The notes under the pieces were generated by a model. That model worked only from the letters and a program-made list of their open reading frames with translations, ran no database searches and had not been told where the DNA came from. Below are positions 24,993-35,356 of a stretch of 51,645 nucleotides of DNA, one piece after another. The position numbers were made by a program, and so were the translations under genes. Origin of the DNA: a virus (taxonomy: Duplodnaviria > Caudoviricetes); the IMG/VR virus record IMGVR_UViG_3300023232_000001, positions 1-51,645 of that record; one strand, given 5' to 3'. Numbering within the stretch: position 1 is the stretch's first letter; every line of letters begins with the position of its first letter.

Positions 24993-26579
24993 GTGAAAAA
25001 AACTAAAAAGTATAGAAAATATAGTAGAGATTCAAAACCTAATACAAACAACATAGCTAATAAAGCAACAAATGGTAAAACAATATCTATGGACGCTTTT
25101 TCAAATATGTTAGCCAGATTAGGAGCTGGAACTCCAAACCTCCTTGAAGGTACAGAATATTCTATGACAAGACTTACTCAAAACTTTCAGCTAATAAATA
25201 ATTTATATAGATCACATTGGATAGTTAGAAAGATAATAGATTGTGTTGCAGAAGATATGTGTAAGAATTGGATAACAATTAAAACTCAAATGGAACCGGA
25301 TGATATTAAAAGGTTTGATAGGCTACAACGTACAACTAGAGTTCAAAAGGATATATTACAATGTATTAAGTGGTCTAGGTTATATGGAGGTGCTGGAGCT
25401 GTAATAATAATCGAAGGACATGAAGATATGCTTGACCAACCATTAGATTACAGTACGATAATGCCACAATCATTTAAAGGATTAATACCATGTGATAGGT
25501 GGACGGGATTAACACCTGGAGCAAATAGGATAAATGATATTACAAGTCCTGATTTTGGATTACCTGAAACTTATCATTGGGTTGCCGATGACATAAGCAT
25601 TGAGGTTCATCATAGTAGAGTATTAAGGTTTACTGGTAGGGATTTGCCACAGATTGAAAGATACGCAGAACAACAATGGGGAATAAGTGAAATTGAACTT
25701 ATATTCGATGAATTAAAGAAAAGAGATAATACAAGTTATAATATAGCACAGTTAGTATTCTTGGCTAATTTAAGAGTATTAAAGATGGCTGACTTAGGAG
25801 AATTACTTGCAGTTGGAGATGAAGAAGCTCAAAAGGAATTATGGGATACTGTACAAGCTCAAAATACATTAATGTCTAATTCGGGCATGTACATAATGAA
25901 TAAAGATGATGATTTCCAAACACATCAATATTCATTTGCTGGACTAAATGATATATATGAATCTTTTATGTTGGATATTGCGGGTGCTGCTGAAATGCCA
26001 GTAACTAAAATATTTGGACGTGCTCCACAAGGTATGAATGCCACAGGTGATGGAGATAAAGATAATTATTATAATACCATAGAGCAAAAGCAATCAGCTC
26101 AACTAGAGCCAGCATTAGATAAGTTATTACCAATTATGTACGTTAGTGAGTTTGGTTCTGTCCCAGATGATTTAGATTATGAATGTAATCCAATAGAAAC
26201 TCCAAGTGAAGATAAAGTTGCAGAGATAATAGGTAAAAAAACAACTGCAATTAATGAACTATTTGTATCTGGATTAATTAGTCAAAAAACTGGACTAAAA
26301 GAATTAAGACAATTAGGAGATACTACAGGAATGTTTACTAATATCACTGATGAAGATATAGATAATGCTGAGGATAGTACAAACCCTATGGGAGATATGC
26401 CATATATGGGAAGCGAGGTGAACTCATATGATACCGAAGAAGAATACAGCCAAGGATTTATGGGCACCAAAGCGAAGAATCGAAGTAATGTACAAAAAGG
26501 CTTTGCGACAGATCATGAAGGGTTTAGAAGAAAAGTTAAATGGATTGACAGACTTAAAGAGTATATTAAGAACCATTAA
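24993..26579 (+). CDS. Portal protein (DUF1073-like)
   Basis: LY..W..RKIID..AEDM, RLYGG, HHSR, IAGAA..P.TKIFG..P.G..ATG..D..NYY; GTG after GGAGG. Confidence 0.9.
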   Translation: MKKTKKYRKYSRDSKPNTNNIANKATNGKTISMDAFSNMLARLGAGTPNLLEGTEYSMTRLTQNFQLINNLYRSHWIVRKIIDCVAEDMCKNWITIKTQMEPDDIKRFDRLQRTTRVQKDILQCIKWSRLYGGAGAVIIIEGHEDMLDQPLDYSTIMPQSFKGLIPCDRWTGLTPGANRINDITSPDFGLPETYHWVADDISIEVHHSRVLRFTGRDLPQIERYAEQQWGISEIELIFDELKKRDNTSYNIAQLVFLANLRVLKMADLGELLAVGDEEAQKELWDTVQAQNTLMSNSGMYIMNKDDDFQTHQYSFAGLNDIYESFMLDIAGAAEMPVTKIFGRAPQGMNATGDGDKDNYYNTIEQKQSAQLEPALDKLLPIMYVSEFGSVPDDLDYECNPIETPSEDKVAEIIGKKTTAINELFVSGLISQKTGLKELRQLGDTTGMFTNITDEDIDNAEDSTNPMGDMPYMGSEVNSYDTEEEYSQGFMGTKAKNRSNVQKGFATDHEGFRRKVKWIDRLKEYIKNH

Positions 26580-27297
26580 GAAATTTACAAAGAGTAAAGA
26601 ATTTAATGAGTATGCTGAAAGAGAAGCCATGAAGATGGTAACAAGTTTGTTTTCAGATGCAGGAAGAACATGGAGACAAGCGGCAAGAACAAACTCAAAA
26701 GGTAAAGGGATATATGAGGCTCTTAAGAATGAATTAAACGGACCTATAGGGAAATCTATAAATGAGCAAATTAAAAGAAACGCAAAATTAATTAAAAGTA
26801 TGCCAACATCTATAAGACCACAGATAACAACATTTATTGCAGAAGAAACTGAAAAAGGTAGAAGATCAAAATATATTGCGGAGGATTTATTAAACAAGTT
26901 TCCACAGATGTATGAATCAAAAGCTAAGTCAATCGCTAGAACAGAAGTTTCAAAGACTTCAACAGCATTAACAAAAGCTAGATGTGATAGTTTAAGGTTA
27001 CCAATTTATATATGGAGAACAAGTAAAGATCAACGTGTTAGAAGGTCACATGACATTATGGATGATGTAATAATATTTTGGGATGACCCACCTTCACCAG
27101 AAAAGTTAGATGGTAAAAAGTCGGTTGGGAAATATCATGCGGGTAATATATATAACTGCAGATGTTACCCAGAGCCAGTGATAAGGTTAGACTTTATTTC
27201 TTGGCCACATAAAGTTTATTATAAAGGACAAATTCAAACCATGACTAAAAGTCAATTTGAGTCAATATCATCATTACAGGTAAATATGAATTTATAG
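26428..27297 (+). CDS. Head morphogenesis/minor capsid protein (Mu gpF/SPP1 gp7 family)
   Basis: IARTE, WRTSKD.RVR.SH, YNCRC. Confidence 0.9.
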   Translation: MIPKKNTAKDLWAPKRRIEVMYKKALRQIMKGLEEKLNGLTDLKSILRTIKKFTKSKEFNEYAEREAMKMVTSLFSDAGRTWRQAARTNSKGKGIYEALKNELNGPIGKSINEQIKRNAKLIKSMPTSIRPQITTFIAEETEKGRRSKYIAEDLLNKFPQMYESKAKSIARTEVSKTSTALTKARCDSLRLPIYIWRTSKDQRVRRSHDIMDDVIIFWDDPPSPEKLDGKKSVGKYHAGNIYNCRCYPEPVIRLDFISWPHKVYYKGQIQTMTKSQFESISSLQVNMNL

Positions 27298-27349
27298 GCT
27301 AAATTAAATAAATGTAAAGGGGGAGATTATTATTTTAAATTTATATATA

Positions 27350-27787
27350 GTGACTACAAATGATAGTATCACAATAAAAAATGCAGATATGTTACAATAC
27401 CAAGTTTTAATAAAAGAGGGAGTTATTCATTTTGGCAAAGAGGTAGGAATAAATCTTAATTGCTTAATTAGTTATCAATTTGAAGAAGCAAAAGAGGATG
27501 AAACTAAAAAGAACACTGTGGATATGGTAGAGGATATAAAAGAAAAGTACAAATATTTAATAGACTATACTGGTTTTGCTTGCAATAGTGATTTGGAGAT
27601 ACTAAGTGTTGAACCAAACGTTTGTAAGTTAGCTTATGGAGTAACTTTTAGATATAAAAAAGATGTTTTAAATTTTATGATAAGAATACCAGCTAATGTT
27701 TTTGGAAATATGGATGAAGTTAATACAAAAAATAGATATATTCGTGAAAAGATAGTTGAGTATTTGGTAAAAGAAAATAAGATTTAA
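27350..27787 (+). CDS. Hypothetical protein (moron position)
   Basis: 145-aa ORF between head genes; start uncertain. Confidence 0.55.
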   Translation: MTTNDSITIKNADMLQYQVLIKEGVIHFGKEVGINLNCLISYQFEEAKEDETKKNTVDMVEDIKEKYKYLIDYTGFACNSDLEILSVEPNVCKLAYGVTFRYKKDVLNFMIRIPANVFGNMDEVNTKNRYIREKIVEYLVKENKI

Positions 27788-28043
27788 AAATAATATGTAG
27801 ATAAAATGAATAATATTCACAAATAATTAGAATAAATATGCAAAAAACTATAAATAAGTGCATAAAAATGCTGGAAGTCAATCTAAATACTTTCTAATTT
27901 AAATAAATATGAATATTTATTTCGGGAAATCAAAATTTCTCGATATAATAAAATGGGGAAATTATTTATAAATCAAGTGGTCATGCTGAAGAAAATCTAA
28001 AGCCACCATCAACAGGTAGTGGAATAAAATAGGGGTGAATGAA

Positions 28044-28250
28044 ATGACAAATAATAATTCAAAAGATACTCAAAAAGAAGATTAAATTAATATACCTGAA
28101 AATATTGATATATCTAGAGAAAGAATAAAATACATTTCTAAAAAAACTGGACTTAATCAAAAAGATGTTTTGGAAATATTAATAGCAGATGAAGAATATA
28201 CAGAAAATATTCTTAAAAAGGTATGTGGTGAATTTCTCGAAAAAGAATAA
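28044..28250 (+). pseudogene. Small ORF with in-frame premature stop
   Basis: RBS AGGGGTG, ATG 28044, TAA at 28083, then the same frame stays open to TAA 28250. Confidence 0.45.
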
Positions 28251-28283
28251 GCATGAAATCATTATGAGTGAAGGGATTAAGTG

Positions 28284-28619
28284 ATGGAATTCAATATAAT
28301 TGCAATGGAAGAGATTATAAAAGAAAGATTAAATTATTATCAGAAAGAGTATTTAGAAGAAATCGAACGTTTGATACAACAAAAGAATAAAAACTTTTAC
28401 AATGCAGAAGATGAAGAATTATTAATTAGATATGAAATAGAAACAAATTGGCTACGTAGAGTAAGAAACAGTATTCGAGATATAGAACGATTTAGGTTTA
28501 CTGATGAAGATACCCTTAGAAGTTTAATAGATGGGCTTGGAAGTGATAAAAAGTTAGTCAGATTATCATTAAATGATAGAAGAATATTAAAAGAAGTGGT
28601 GTGGGAAGAAGAGTCTTAG
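28284..28619 (+). CDS. Hypothetical protein (moron position)
   Basis: ORF with AAGGGA RBS, followed by a terminator-like hairpin. Confidence 0.6.
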   Translation: MEFNIIAMEEIIKERLNYYQKEYLEEIERLIQQKNKNFYNAEDEELLIRYEIETNWLRRVRNSIRDIERFRFTDEDTLRSLIDGLGSDKKLVRLSLNDRRILKEVVWEEES

Positions 28620-28674
28620 AAATAAGGCTTTTTATTATGCTCAAATTTCTTTGAAAGGAGGTGATAAAAATAAG

Positions 28675-29946
28675 ATGAAAGCATTTTACGGATCAAGAAT
28701 AAGCGAAAATATGACAAAGACACCAGATGGCTTTCTAGTATGTTTTAATGTGCCTATAGCAAGAACAGGTTGGTATGAGTATTTACCACAGGAAATAGGA
28801 TTAGAAGGACAACAAATAGTTAAAGTATATAGAAGTCCAGAGGAAGTCTTTAGCAAGCAAGCAATTTCATCATTTGAAGGTAAAATTGTAACCAATGGAC
28901 ATCCACCAGATTTATTAACTCCACAAAATAGTGAGTTATATATTAAAGGTGCTGTTCAAAATGTACGGAGAAGTCCAACTGAAACAGATTTATTGCTAGC
29001 TGATTTAATTATTTATAATGATGATCTAATAAAAGAGATAGATCAAGGGAAAAGAGAAGTTTCATGCGGTTATGAATTTAATTGTGTTGATAATGGCGAT
29101 GGAACATATAGCCAAGTGCAAATATGCGGTAATCATGTAGCTGTTGTAGAAAATGGCAGAGCAGGAGATCGTGTTGCAATAAAAGATTCAAAAATGAACG
29201 AGATATTGGAAGGAGAAAAGAAAAAAATGAATAAAATTAAAATTCCAAAGAAACAACGTGGACCTATAACAAATCTTTTTGCTGCTATGGGAGTTAAACA
29301 TTTTGCACAAGATGCAGAACCAGAAGAAATTGCAGAAGCTTTAGATGCATTAGCAGATGAAAGAGAAGAAGGTAATGACGAGGAAAAAAATGAACCTAAA
29401 AAAGAAGAGGAAAAAGAAAACGCAAATGATGAAGATGGAGTAGCTGCATTAACTGCTAAGGTAGATAAACTTACAGACCTAGTAACTAAGTTATTGGAAG
29501 GTAATAAAATTAACGATGAAAAACCAGAAGATGCAATTGATGCAATGATTGAAGAACTTGCAAAAGATGAAAATACAGCTGGAGAAGAAGAAGACTCAGT
29601 TACAGTTCCAGTTGAGGAAATGGATGAAGAAGCTGAAGAGGAAACAGTAAAAAGTGCTGACAGTGCAGCAATGCTTACTGCATTAAAAGCTATGAAACCA
29701 GTAATTGCTGCTATAAAGGATCCAAAAGAAAGAAAGGTTGCTTGTGATTCATTAATGGCTCAATTCAAAAAGGCTAAGAAGACTACAACTAAAGGCAATG
29801 GATACCAAGGAATATTAAATGCTCAAAAAGCTAATTCTGCATCTAAAGTTCAAAAAGCAGCAGATTCAGCGGAAAAGAATTATGCAAAAATAGATAATGA
29901 GTATGCAAGTCGTAATCCACATAAAGCAAAAAAGGGGATGAATTAA
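28675..29946 (+). CDS. Prohead protease/scaffold (DUF2213-like)
   Basis: TPDGFL..VPIARTG, EVSCGY, NHVAVV..GRAG; acidic scaffold-like C-terminus. Confidence 0.88.
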   Translation: MKAFYGSRISENMTKTPDGFLVCFNVPIARTGWYEYLPQEIGLEGQQIVKVYRSPEEVFSKQAISSFEGKIVTNGHPPDLLTPQNSELYIKGAVQNVRRSPTETDLLLADLIIYNDDLIKEIDQGKREVSCGYEFNCVDNGDGTYSQVQICGNHVAVVENGRAGDRVAIKDSKMNEILEGEKKKMNKIKIPKKQRGPITNLFAAMGVKHFAQDAEPEEIAEALDALADEREEGNDEEKNEPKKEEEKENANDEDGVAALTAKVDKLTDLVTKLLEGNKINDEKPEDAIDAMIEELAKDENTAGEEEDSVTVPVEEMDEEAEEETVKSADSAAMLTALKAMKPVIAAIKDPKERKVACDSLMAQFKKAKKTTTKGNGYQGILNAQKANSASKVQKAADSAEKNYAKIDNEYASRNPHKAKKGMN

Positions 29947-29947
29947 T

Positions 29948-30481
29948 ATGTCAGGAGCAGCAGTAGGAATTGAATTTAATTTAGGCTATGCAGGTACCGT
30001 ATCTAGATCAGTAGATACAATAATTACTCCAAGGTCAATTAAAAGTATAGTAACAGATGGAGTTGAAACAGAACCAAGTATCTTATTTGGAGAACCAGTT
30101 GCATTAAATCCAGATAACACATATTCAAGATTTGGTGCTAGTGGAACAGCTGCAACATTTGCAGGTATTTCGGTAAGAGAAGTTAAGCAGGCTACTGATT
30201 ATTTTGCAGCAGCAGGATCATATTTACCAGGTTCAATTATGGATGTACTTCAAAGAGGAAGTATGACAGTGAAGTGTAATGTTGGAACTCCTACAGCAAG
30301 TGGAAAAGTTTATATTAGAACAGTTGCAAATGCTGCAATACCAGCTGGAAAAGTAGGACAATTTGAAGCAGCAGCAGATAGTACAAATACTTTAGAAATT
30401 CCAAATTTAAGATGGAAAACTGGTAAGATGGATAGCAATAGAATTGCAGAAGTTACAATACTTACTAGAGCAAATGGATAG
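29948..30481 (+). CDS. Head decoration/cement protein
   Basis: Position before capsid; ILFG.PV, FAGI, G.VY.R motifs. Confidence 0.75.
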   Translation: MSGAAVGIEFNLGYAGTVSRSVDTIITPRSIKSIVTDGVETEPSILFGEPVALNPDNTYSRFGASGTAATFAGISVREVKQATDYFAAAGSYLPGSIMDVLQRGSMTVKCNVGTPTASGKVYIRTVANAAIPAGKVGQFEAAADSTNTLEIPNLRWKTGKMDSNRIAEVTILTRANG

Positions 30482-30493
30482 GAGGAAAGAAAT

Positions 30494-31498
30494 ATGAATT
30501 TATATAACAATGGACAAGTATGCCCACTTCCTGGTTATGCAGCTACCGCAATGGATGCTGCTGGAATTGGAAATGGTATGGCTTATTTAAATGGAGAACT
30601 TGAAAAAAGAGATACAAAACTTAATGAACCCCTTGCATCAGTAACATTTGCTAGGGATATACCAGTTAAAACAGGTGGAGGATGGGTTGAAACAACTTCT
30701 AACCTATTCGTTGATTATGCAACTACTGGTGGAAATGGAAATGGATTAATCAGAGGGCAATCAAATGATATTCCGTTAGTACAAGCAAATACTAGTAAAG
30801 ATATATTCAAGGTATTTGGATGGTCAAATGTGTTAAAGGTACCTTTCATAGATCAACAAAAAATGCAAGGAATAGGTAGATCATTAGACAGTATCTTAGA
30901 TACTGGAATAAAACTTAATTACAATAAATCAATTGATTATATGACATATAAAGGTGTTCCAGAAGAGAAAGTATATGGATTAGTTAATAATCCTAATGTT
31001 ACAGCTTCAATTGTAGCGACTGGAGCAGCCGGAACTAAAACGTGGGCAACTAAAACACCTAGAGAAATTCTAGATGATGTAAATGCTATCTTAAATGAGA
31101 CATGGAAAAATTCTGAATATGATACAAGCGGTATGGCAAATCATATTCTTATTTCGCCACAAGAGTATGCTTATATTGTTTCTAGAGTTGTAAGTGATGC
31201 TGGGAATATGTCAATCTTAAACTACTTATTAGAAAATAACATTGGAAAGAACCAAGATGTAGATCTTTATATTGCACCAAGTAGATGGTGTGTAGGTGCT
31301 GGAATCAATGGAACTAATAGAATGGTTGCATATGTTAATGATGAAAGCAAAATACTATTAGATATTCCAGTACCACTTCAAAGAGCAATGACTCAACAAA
31401 GTGTTGGTGATATGGCTTATTTAACAGGTTATGTTGCAAATATAGGTCAAGTTAAGGTGCTTTATACACAATGTATTGAGTATGCTGATGGAATCTAA
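30494..31498 (+). CDS. Major capsid protein (DUF2184-like, HK97 fold)
   Basis: 334 aa; YGLVNNP, W..KT..EI..D; position. Confidence 0.88.
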   Translation: MNLYNNGQVCPLPGYAATAMDAAGIGNGMAYLNGELEKRDTKLNEPLASVTFARDIPVKTGGGWVETTSNLFVDYATTGGNGNGLIRGQSNDIPLVQANTSKDIFKVFGWSNVLKVPFIDQQKMQGIGRSLDSILDTGIKLNYNKSIDYMTYKGVPEEKVYGLVNNPNVTASIVATGAAGTKTWATKTPREILDDVNAILNETWKNSEYDTSGMANHILISPQEYAYIVSRVVSDAGNMSILNYLLENNIGKNQDVDLYIAPSRWCVGAGINGTNRMVAYVNDESKILLDIPVPLQRAMTQQSVGDMAYLTGYVANIGQVKVLYTQCIEYADGI

Positions 31499-31585
31499 GA
31501 AAATAAAATAATTTAATATAAGCAATAATTTAAGTTTTAGTTTATCTAAGGCTTTTTTTATTGCTTAATTTTGGGAGGGAATAAG

Positions 31586-31786
31586 ATGTTATTATATTCA
31601 ACTAAAGCACTTAAATTCAAAGGTGATCAAGAAACTTTCACACTACCATGCCATTCAATTACAGATGCTCCAGAATGGGTAGGTAAAACAGATGAGTTCA
31701 AGCTGGCAAAAGATGATGGATGTTTAACAATAACAACCACTAAGAAAAGTAAAGTTGCTGCTGAAAATGGAGATTTAGACAAATAA
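31586..31786 (+). CDS. Small virion-associated protein
   Basis: RBS GGGAGG; between capsid and adaptor genes. Confidence 0.6.
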   Translation: MLLYSTKALKFKGDQETFTLPCHSITDAPEWVGKTDEFKLAKDDGCLTITTTKKSKVAAENGDLDK

Positions 31787-31807
31787 ATATAATAAGTAGG
31801 TGATTCT

Positions 31808-32278
31808 ATGTTAGGAATTGTAGCAACTGCTAGCAATATAAAAACAGGTACTAATCCACCTTATGTATCGGATGATTTTTACGCTATCTATCCTCAATTT
31901 GGTCCTGCTACAGATGAAACTTATGTTGTACCTCAAATAATTACTCAAATGTATTTGGACTTAGCTAATAATTGTATAAAGGAAGCTAGATGGCATGGAT
32001 ATTGGAAAGTTGGAATGAGTTTATTTATAGCTCATTTTTGTACTTTATACGTACAAGGTGTTGCGGATCCAGATAGTGGCGCTGCAGGAATATTAAAAGC
32101 AGGACAAGCAAGAGGTTTGGAAACATCTGTTAGCGTTGGTGATGTGTCTGTAAGTACAGATTTCAGCATTATAGCTAGTGGGATTGAAGGATGGGCAGGA
32201 TTTAAAACAACCGCATATGGACTTCAATTAGCTGGGATAGGAAGATTATTGGGTAAAGGTGGAATGTATGTCTATTAG
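31808..32278 (+). CDS. Head-tail adaptor (DUF4054-like)
   Basis: F...YPQF, LFIAH, S.SVGDVSVS, T.YG.Q. Confidence 0.8.
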   Translation: MLGIVATASNIKTGTNPPYVSDDFYAIYPQFGPATDETYVVPQIITQMYLDLANNCIKEARWHGYWKVGMSLFIAHFCTLYVQGVADPDSGAAGILKAGQARGLETSVSVGDVSVSTDFSIIASGIEGWAGFKTTAYGLQLAGIGRLLGKGGMYVY

Positions 32279-32292
32279 GAGGTGATGTATTC

Positions 32293-32865
32293 ATGTTAAG
32301 TGGTTTTACAAATGTGTCTATAACTAAAGACTTAACAAGTGATATTGTAAATTCGCTCAAAGACTTAGCAAAGAAAACTGTATGCGTTGGGGTTCCAAGC
32401 GAAGAAGATACCCAAAGAGATAATATATCTAATGCGGAATTAATGTATATCCATACAAATGGTATCAGAAATAAATCAATGATAAAAGAAATGCAACATG
32501 ATGTTGATAAGATGCCCTATAGTCAGGCACATGAATTATATGTACATGAGCATGGGTCTCCTTTGTGGCATTCTCCACCACGACCAATATTAGAACCTGC
32601 AATAGACAATTCAAAAGATCAAGTAGCTGAATTAATGAAGGATGCCGTAACTGTAGCTTTAAATGGTGGAGATATAACACCAGCCTTAAATGAAGTAGGA
32701 ATGCAAGGGCAAAATATTGCTAGAGAATGGTTTACAAATCCATCTAATAATTGGGCACCTAATTCAGAGAGAACAATAGCGAAAAAACATTCGGATAATC
32801 CCTTAATTGACAAAGGGGAACTTCGCAAATCTATAACCTATGTAATAAAGGATGGTGCTGTTTAA
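32293..32865 (+). CDS. Neck/tail completion protein
   Basis: V.VG, PPRP.L, PN...T..K...PLID.G.LR.SITY. Confidence 0.75.
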   Translation: MLSGFTNVSITKDLTSDIVNSLKDLAKKTVCVGVPSEEDTQRDNISNAELMYIHTNGIRNKSMIKEMQHDVDKMPYSQAHELYVHEHGSPLWHSPPRPILEPAIDNSKDQVAELMKDAVTVALNGGDITPALNEVGMQGQNIAREWFTNPSNNWAPNSERTIAKKHSDNPLIDKGELRKSITYVIKDGAV

Positions 32866-33227
32866 TGATTGATTTATCATTAGTTGTAACAGACCCAAGA
32901 TTTGCACAAACATTCTCAGTATATAGAAAAATTGGTGAATGGATAAAAGGAAGATTTGAACAAACAGAAATTGAAATTAAAATTGTTGGAACAATAAGCA
33001 TTGCAAGTGCTAAACAAATAGAATTCATCCCAGAAGGTGACCGAACAGGTGGAGAAATAGTAATTCATTGTGTAAAAGAACTTTATACATCTAGAAATGC
33101 ACCGAATGATTCAGGAACTGCTGATGAATTATTATGGCACGATGAAAGATATAAAATATATTCTGTTAATCCTTATAGTGATTATGGATATTTCAGTGCT
33201 ATAGGAATACGGTTGGCTAGTGATTAA
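32865..33227 (+). CDS. Head-closure protein
   Basis: Position; PEG.R, D...W....Y motif. Confidence 0.65.
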   Translation: MIDLSLVVTDPRFAQTFSVYRKIGEWIKGRFEQTEIEIKIVGTISIASAKQIEFIPEGDRTGGEIVIHCVKELYTSRNAPNDSGTADELLWHDERYKIYSVNPYSDYGYFSAIGIRLASD

Positions 33228-33781
33228 TGGCAGCTCAAGTATTAAAACTTAAAGAATTAGAAGACTTTTTTCAAGAAATAACTTGCAAAATGCTTAATTT
33301 AGATATGACCAAAAAAGAAAATCAAGACAAAGTAAGAATAGCATGGCCAACTACTGGAGCACCTTCGTGGAAAATTGACCAAGATATTGTTTTTTTAAGA
33401 ATAACTCCTGTAGATGATAAGATGGCCAGGCAATTAAATATAATCTATGATCCAAACAAAGATGACAATACCATTGCAGATAAGAAGACAGGATATACAA
33501 GAGTCCATAAGATAGATTGGACTTTATATGGTCCTAATTCATATGACAATGCAGATTTAATAAGAAATTTAATTTTTGATTATGATTATATGCTTGAAAT
33601 GAAAAAGAAGAATCTTTTCTTGGTAACAGATGTATCAATGCCCACTAGATTACCAGAACTATACAATAGCCAATGGTGGGAAAGAACAGATTTTTCAGCA
33701 ACATTTAATGAAGCGGTTATAAGAGAAAAACAAGTGCCTTATATTTTAGGCGGAAATGTACAATTAATAACTAATAGATAG
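33227..33781 (+). CDS. Tail terminator/neck protein
   Basis: Position before sheath; YGPNS, W.ER.D. Confidence 0.65.
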   Translation: MAAQVLKLKELEDFFQEITCKMLNLDMTKKENQDKVRIAWPTTGAPSWKIDQDIVFLRITPVDDKMARQLNIIYDPNKDDNTIADKKTGYTRVHKIDWTLYGPNSYDNADLIRNLIFDYDYMLEMKKKNLFLVTDVSMPTRLPELYNSQWWERTDFSATFNEAVIREKQVPYILGGNVQLITNR

Positions 33782-33794
33782 GAGGAATGTGTAA

Positions 33795-34904
33795 ATGTCA
33801 ACGTCAACTTTATCACTTAATGACATTGTAGATGTTACGGTTACTGTAGGCCCTGTGTCACAAGTAAGAACTAATTTTAATTTAGGCCTTATAATTGGTA
33901 AGTCAGAAATTATTGATATAGACACACGAATAAAAGTATATGAAAAGCTAGATGATATGACTGCAGATCATTGGAAAGGAGAGGAGCCTGAGTTTATTGC
34001 AGCAAAGATTTATTTTTCTCAAAATCCTAAGCCACGAAAAGTAGCTATAGGTAGATGGGCATTAGATGAAACTGCCATTAAAGCAGTAACAGCATGTAGG
34101 CAAGCAAATTCAGAGTGGTATTTATGTACAATTTGTGATGCTGAGAAAGCAGATATTATATCTGTTGCTGGATATATTGAATCTGCAAAACCTGAGTCAG
34201 CATATTTTTATAATACAAGTGATTCAGATGTTAAAGCAGGTGTTAAAGATAATGTAATGGAGATATTGAAAGGTAAAAGCATTCATAGAACCTTAGGTCA
34301 ATACTCAACCAATGAAAATGCGATAGTTGCAATAATGGGTTATGCCATGGGAGCGAATAAGCAAACTGCAGATTCAGCTTATACTTTAGCATTTAAAAAA
34401 GAAATTGGAATACAAACGGATCCATTAACATCAATAGAAGTGACAATAATAAAGAACTTAAATGGAAATGTTTATATAAATCGAGGTTCTGTATACAATG
34501 TATTTGAAGAAGGTACAATGGCAGATGGAACATTCTTTGATGAACTGTTAAATTTGGATATGCTAACTAACAATATACAAACTGCAGTTGTAAATGCTCT
34601 TACTTCTGAAAGTAAAGTTCCTCAAACGGATCCAGGTATGGATAAAATGTTGAATTATATTACTGAGCCACTTGAAAAAGCTAAAAAAATAGGATTTATT
34701 GCACCAGGTGTTTGGAAGACTGCCGGTGTTTTAAGTGTAAAAAATGGAGATACACTTCCAAGAGGTTATATAATATTGGCAGATTCAATTGATGATCAAC
34801 CACAAGAAGATAGAGAAAAAAGAATAGCACCACCAATTTATGTTTTAGCAAAATTAGCTGGAGCAATTCATCATGCTTCAATAGGTGTATATGTTAATAG
34901 ATAG
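33795..34904 (+). CDS. Tail sheath protein (DUF3383-like)
   Basis: IVDV.V, YFSQ.PKP, KVPQTD.G, R.APPI....LAGAIH. Confidence 0.88.
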   Translation: MSTSTLSLNDIVDVTVTVGPVSQVRTNFNLGLIIGKSEIIDIDTRIKVYEKLDDMTADHWKGEEPEFIAAKIYFSQNPKPRKVAIGRWALDETAIKAVTACRQANSEWYLCTICDAEKADIISVAGYIESAKPESAYFYNTSDSDVKAGVKDNVMEILKGKSIHRTLGQYSTNENAIVAIMGYAMGANKQTADSAYTLAFKKEIGIQTDPLTSIEVTIIKNLNGNVYINRGSVYNVFEEGTMADGTFFDELLNLDMLTNNIQTAVVNALTSESKVPQTDPGMDKMLNYITEPLEKAKKIGFIAPGVWKTAGVLSVKNGDTLPRGYIILADSIDDQPQEDREKRIAPPIYVLAKLAGAIHHASIGVYVNR

Positions 34905-34915
34905 GAGGTAATAAA

Positions 34916-35344
34916 ATGTTTAGTACTTATAGTTTTGAAGACGTAACATGTTCATTTAATCATCCAAGTGTTGGAGCAGCATCGACTACTGGTGCAGGTG
35001 TTGGAAGTATAACTACTACTATGGCTGGTGATAAAACAAACCATGATGTGGCAGCAGATGGTAGAGTAATGATATCTAAAATGGCTGGAAGTAATGGAAC
35101 TGTTGCCGTAGCATTGCAGCAAACGAGTGAATTGCATAAATTTCTAATGAAATGGTACAACTATGTTGTTACTGCTCCAGCTGCTGAATTTGCAAAAATG
35201 AATATAACAATTAAATCAGCCAATTTAGGAGATATGACAGTTTGTACAGGAGTTTCACCACAAAAATTAGCAGATAGGCCCTACCAAGCGCAAGGACAAC
35301 ATGTCACTTGGAATTTAATGTCTGCTGAAATAACACAAAGCTAG
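34916..35344 (+). CDS. Tail tube protein
   Basis: TYSF.DV, ADG, L.QTS; 142 aa after sheath. Confidence 0.82.
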   Translation: MFSTYSFEDVTCSFNHPSVGAASTTGAGVGSITTTMAGDKTNHDVAADGRVMISKMAGSNGTVAVALQQTSELHKFLMKWYNYVVTAPAAEFAKMNITIKSANLGDMTVCTGVSPQKLADRPYQAQGQHVTWNLMSAEITQS

Positions 35345-35356
35345 GAGATGTGATAT

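Noticed and set aside
24993-26579. Anti-CBASS Acb1 call sometimes attached to this family
   Set aside because: Size, motifs and position between terL and minor head gene indicate a portal
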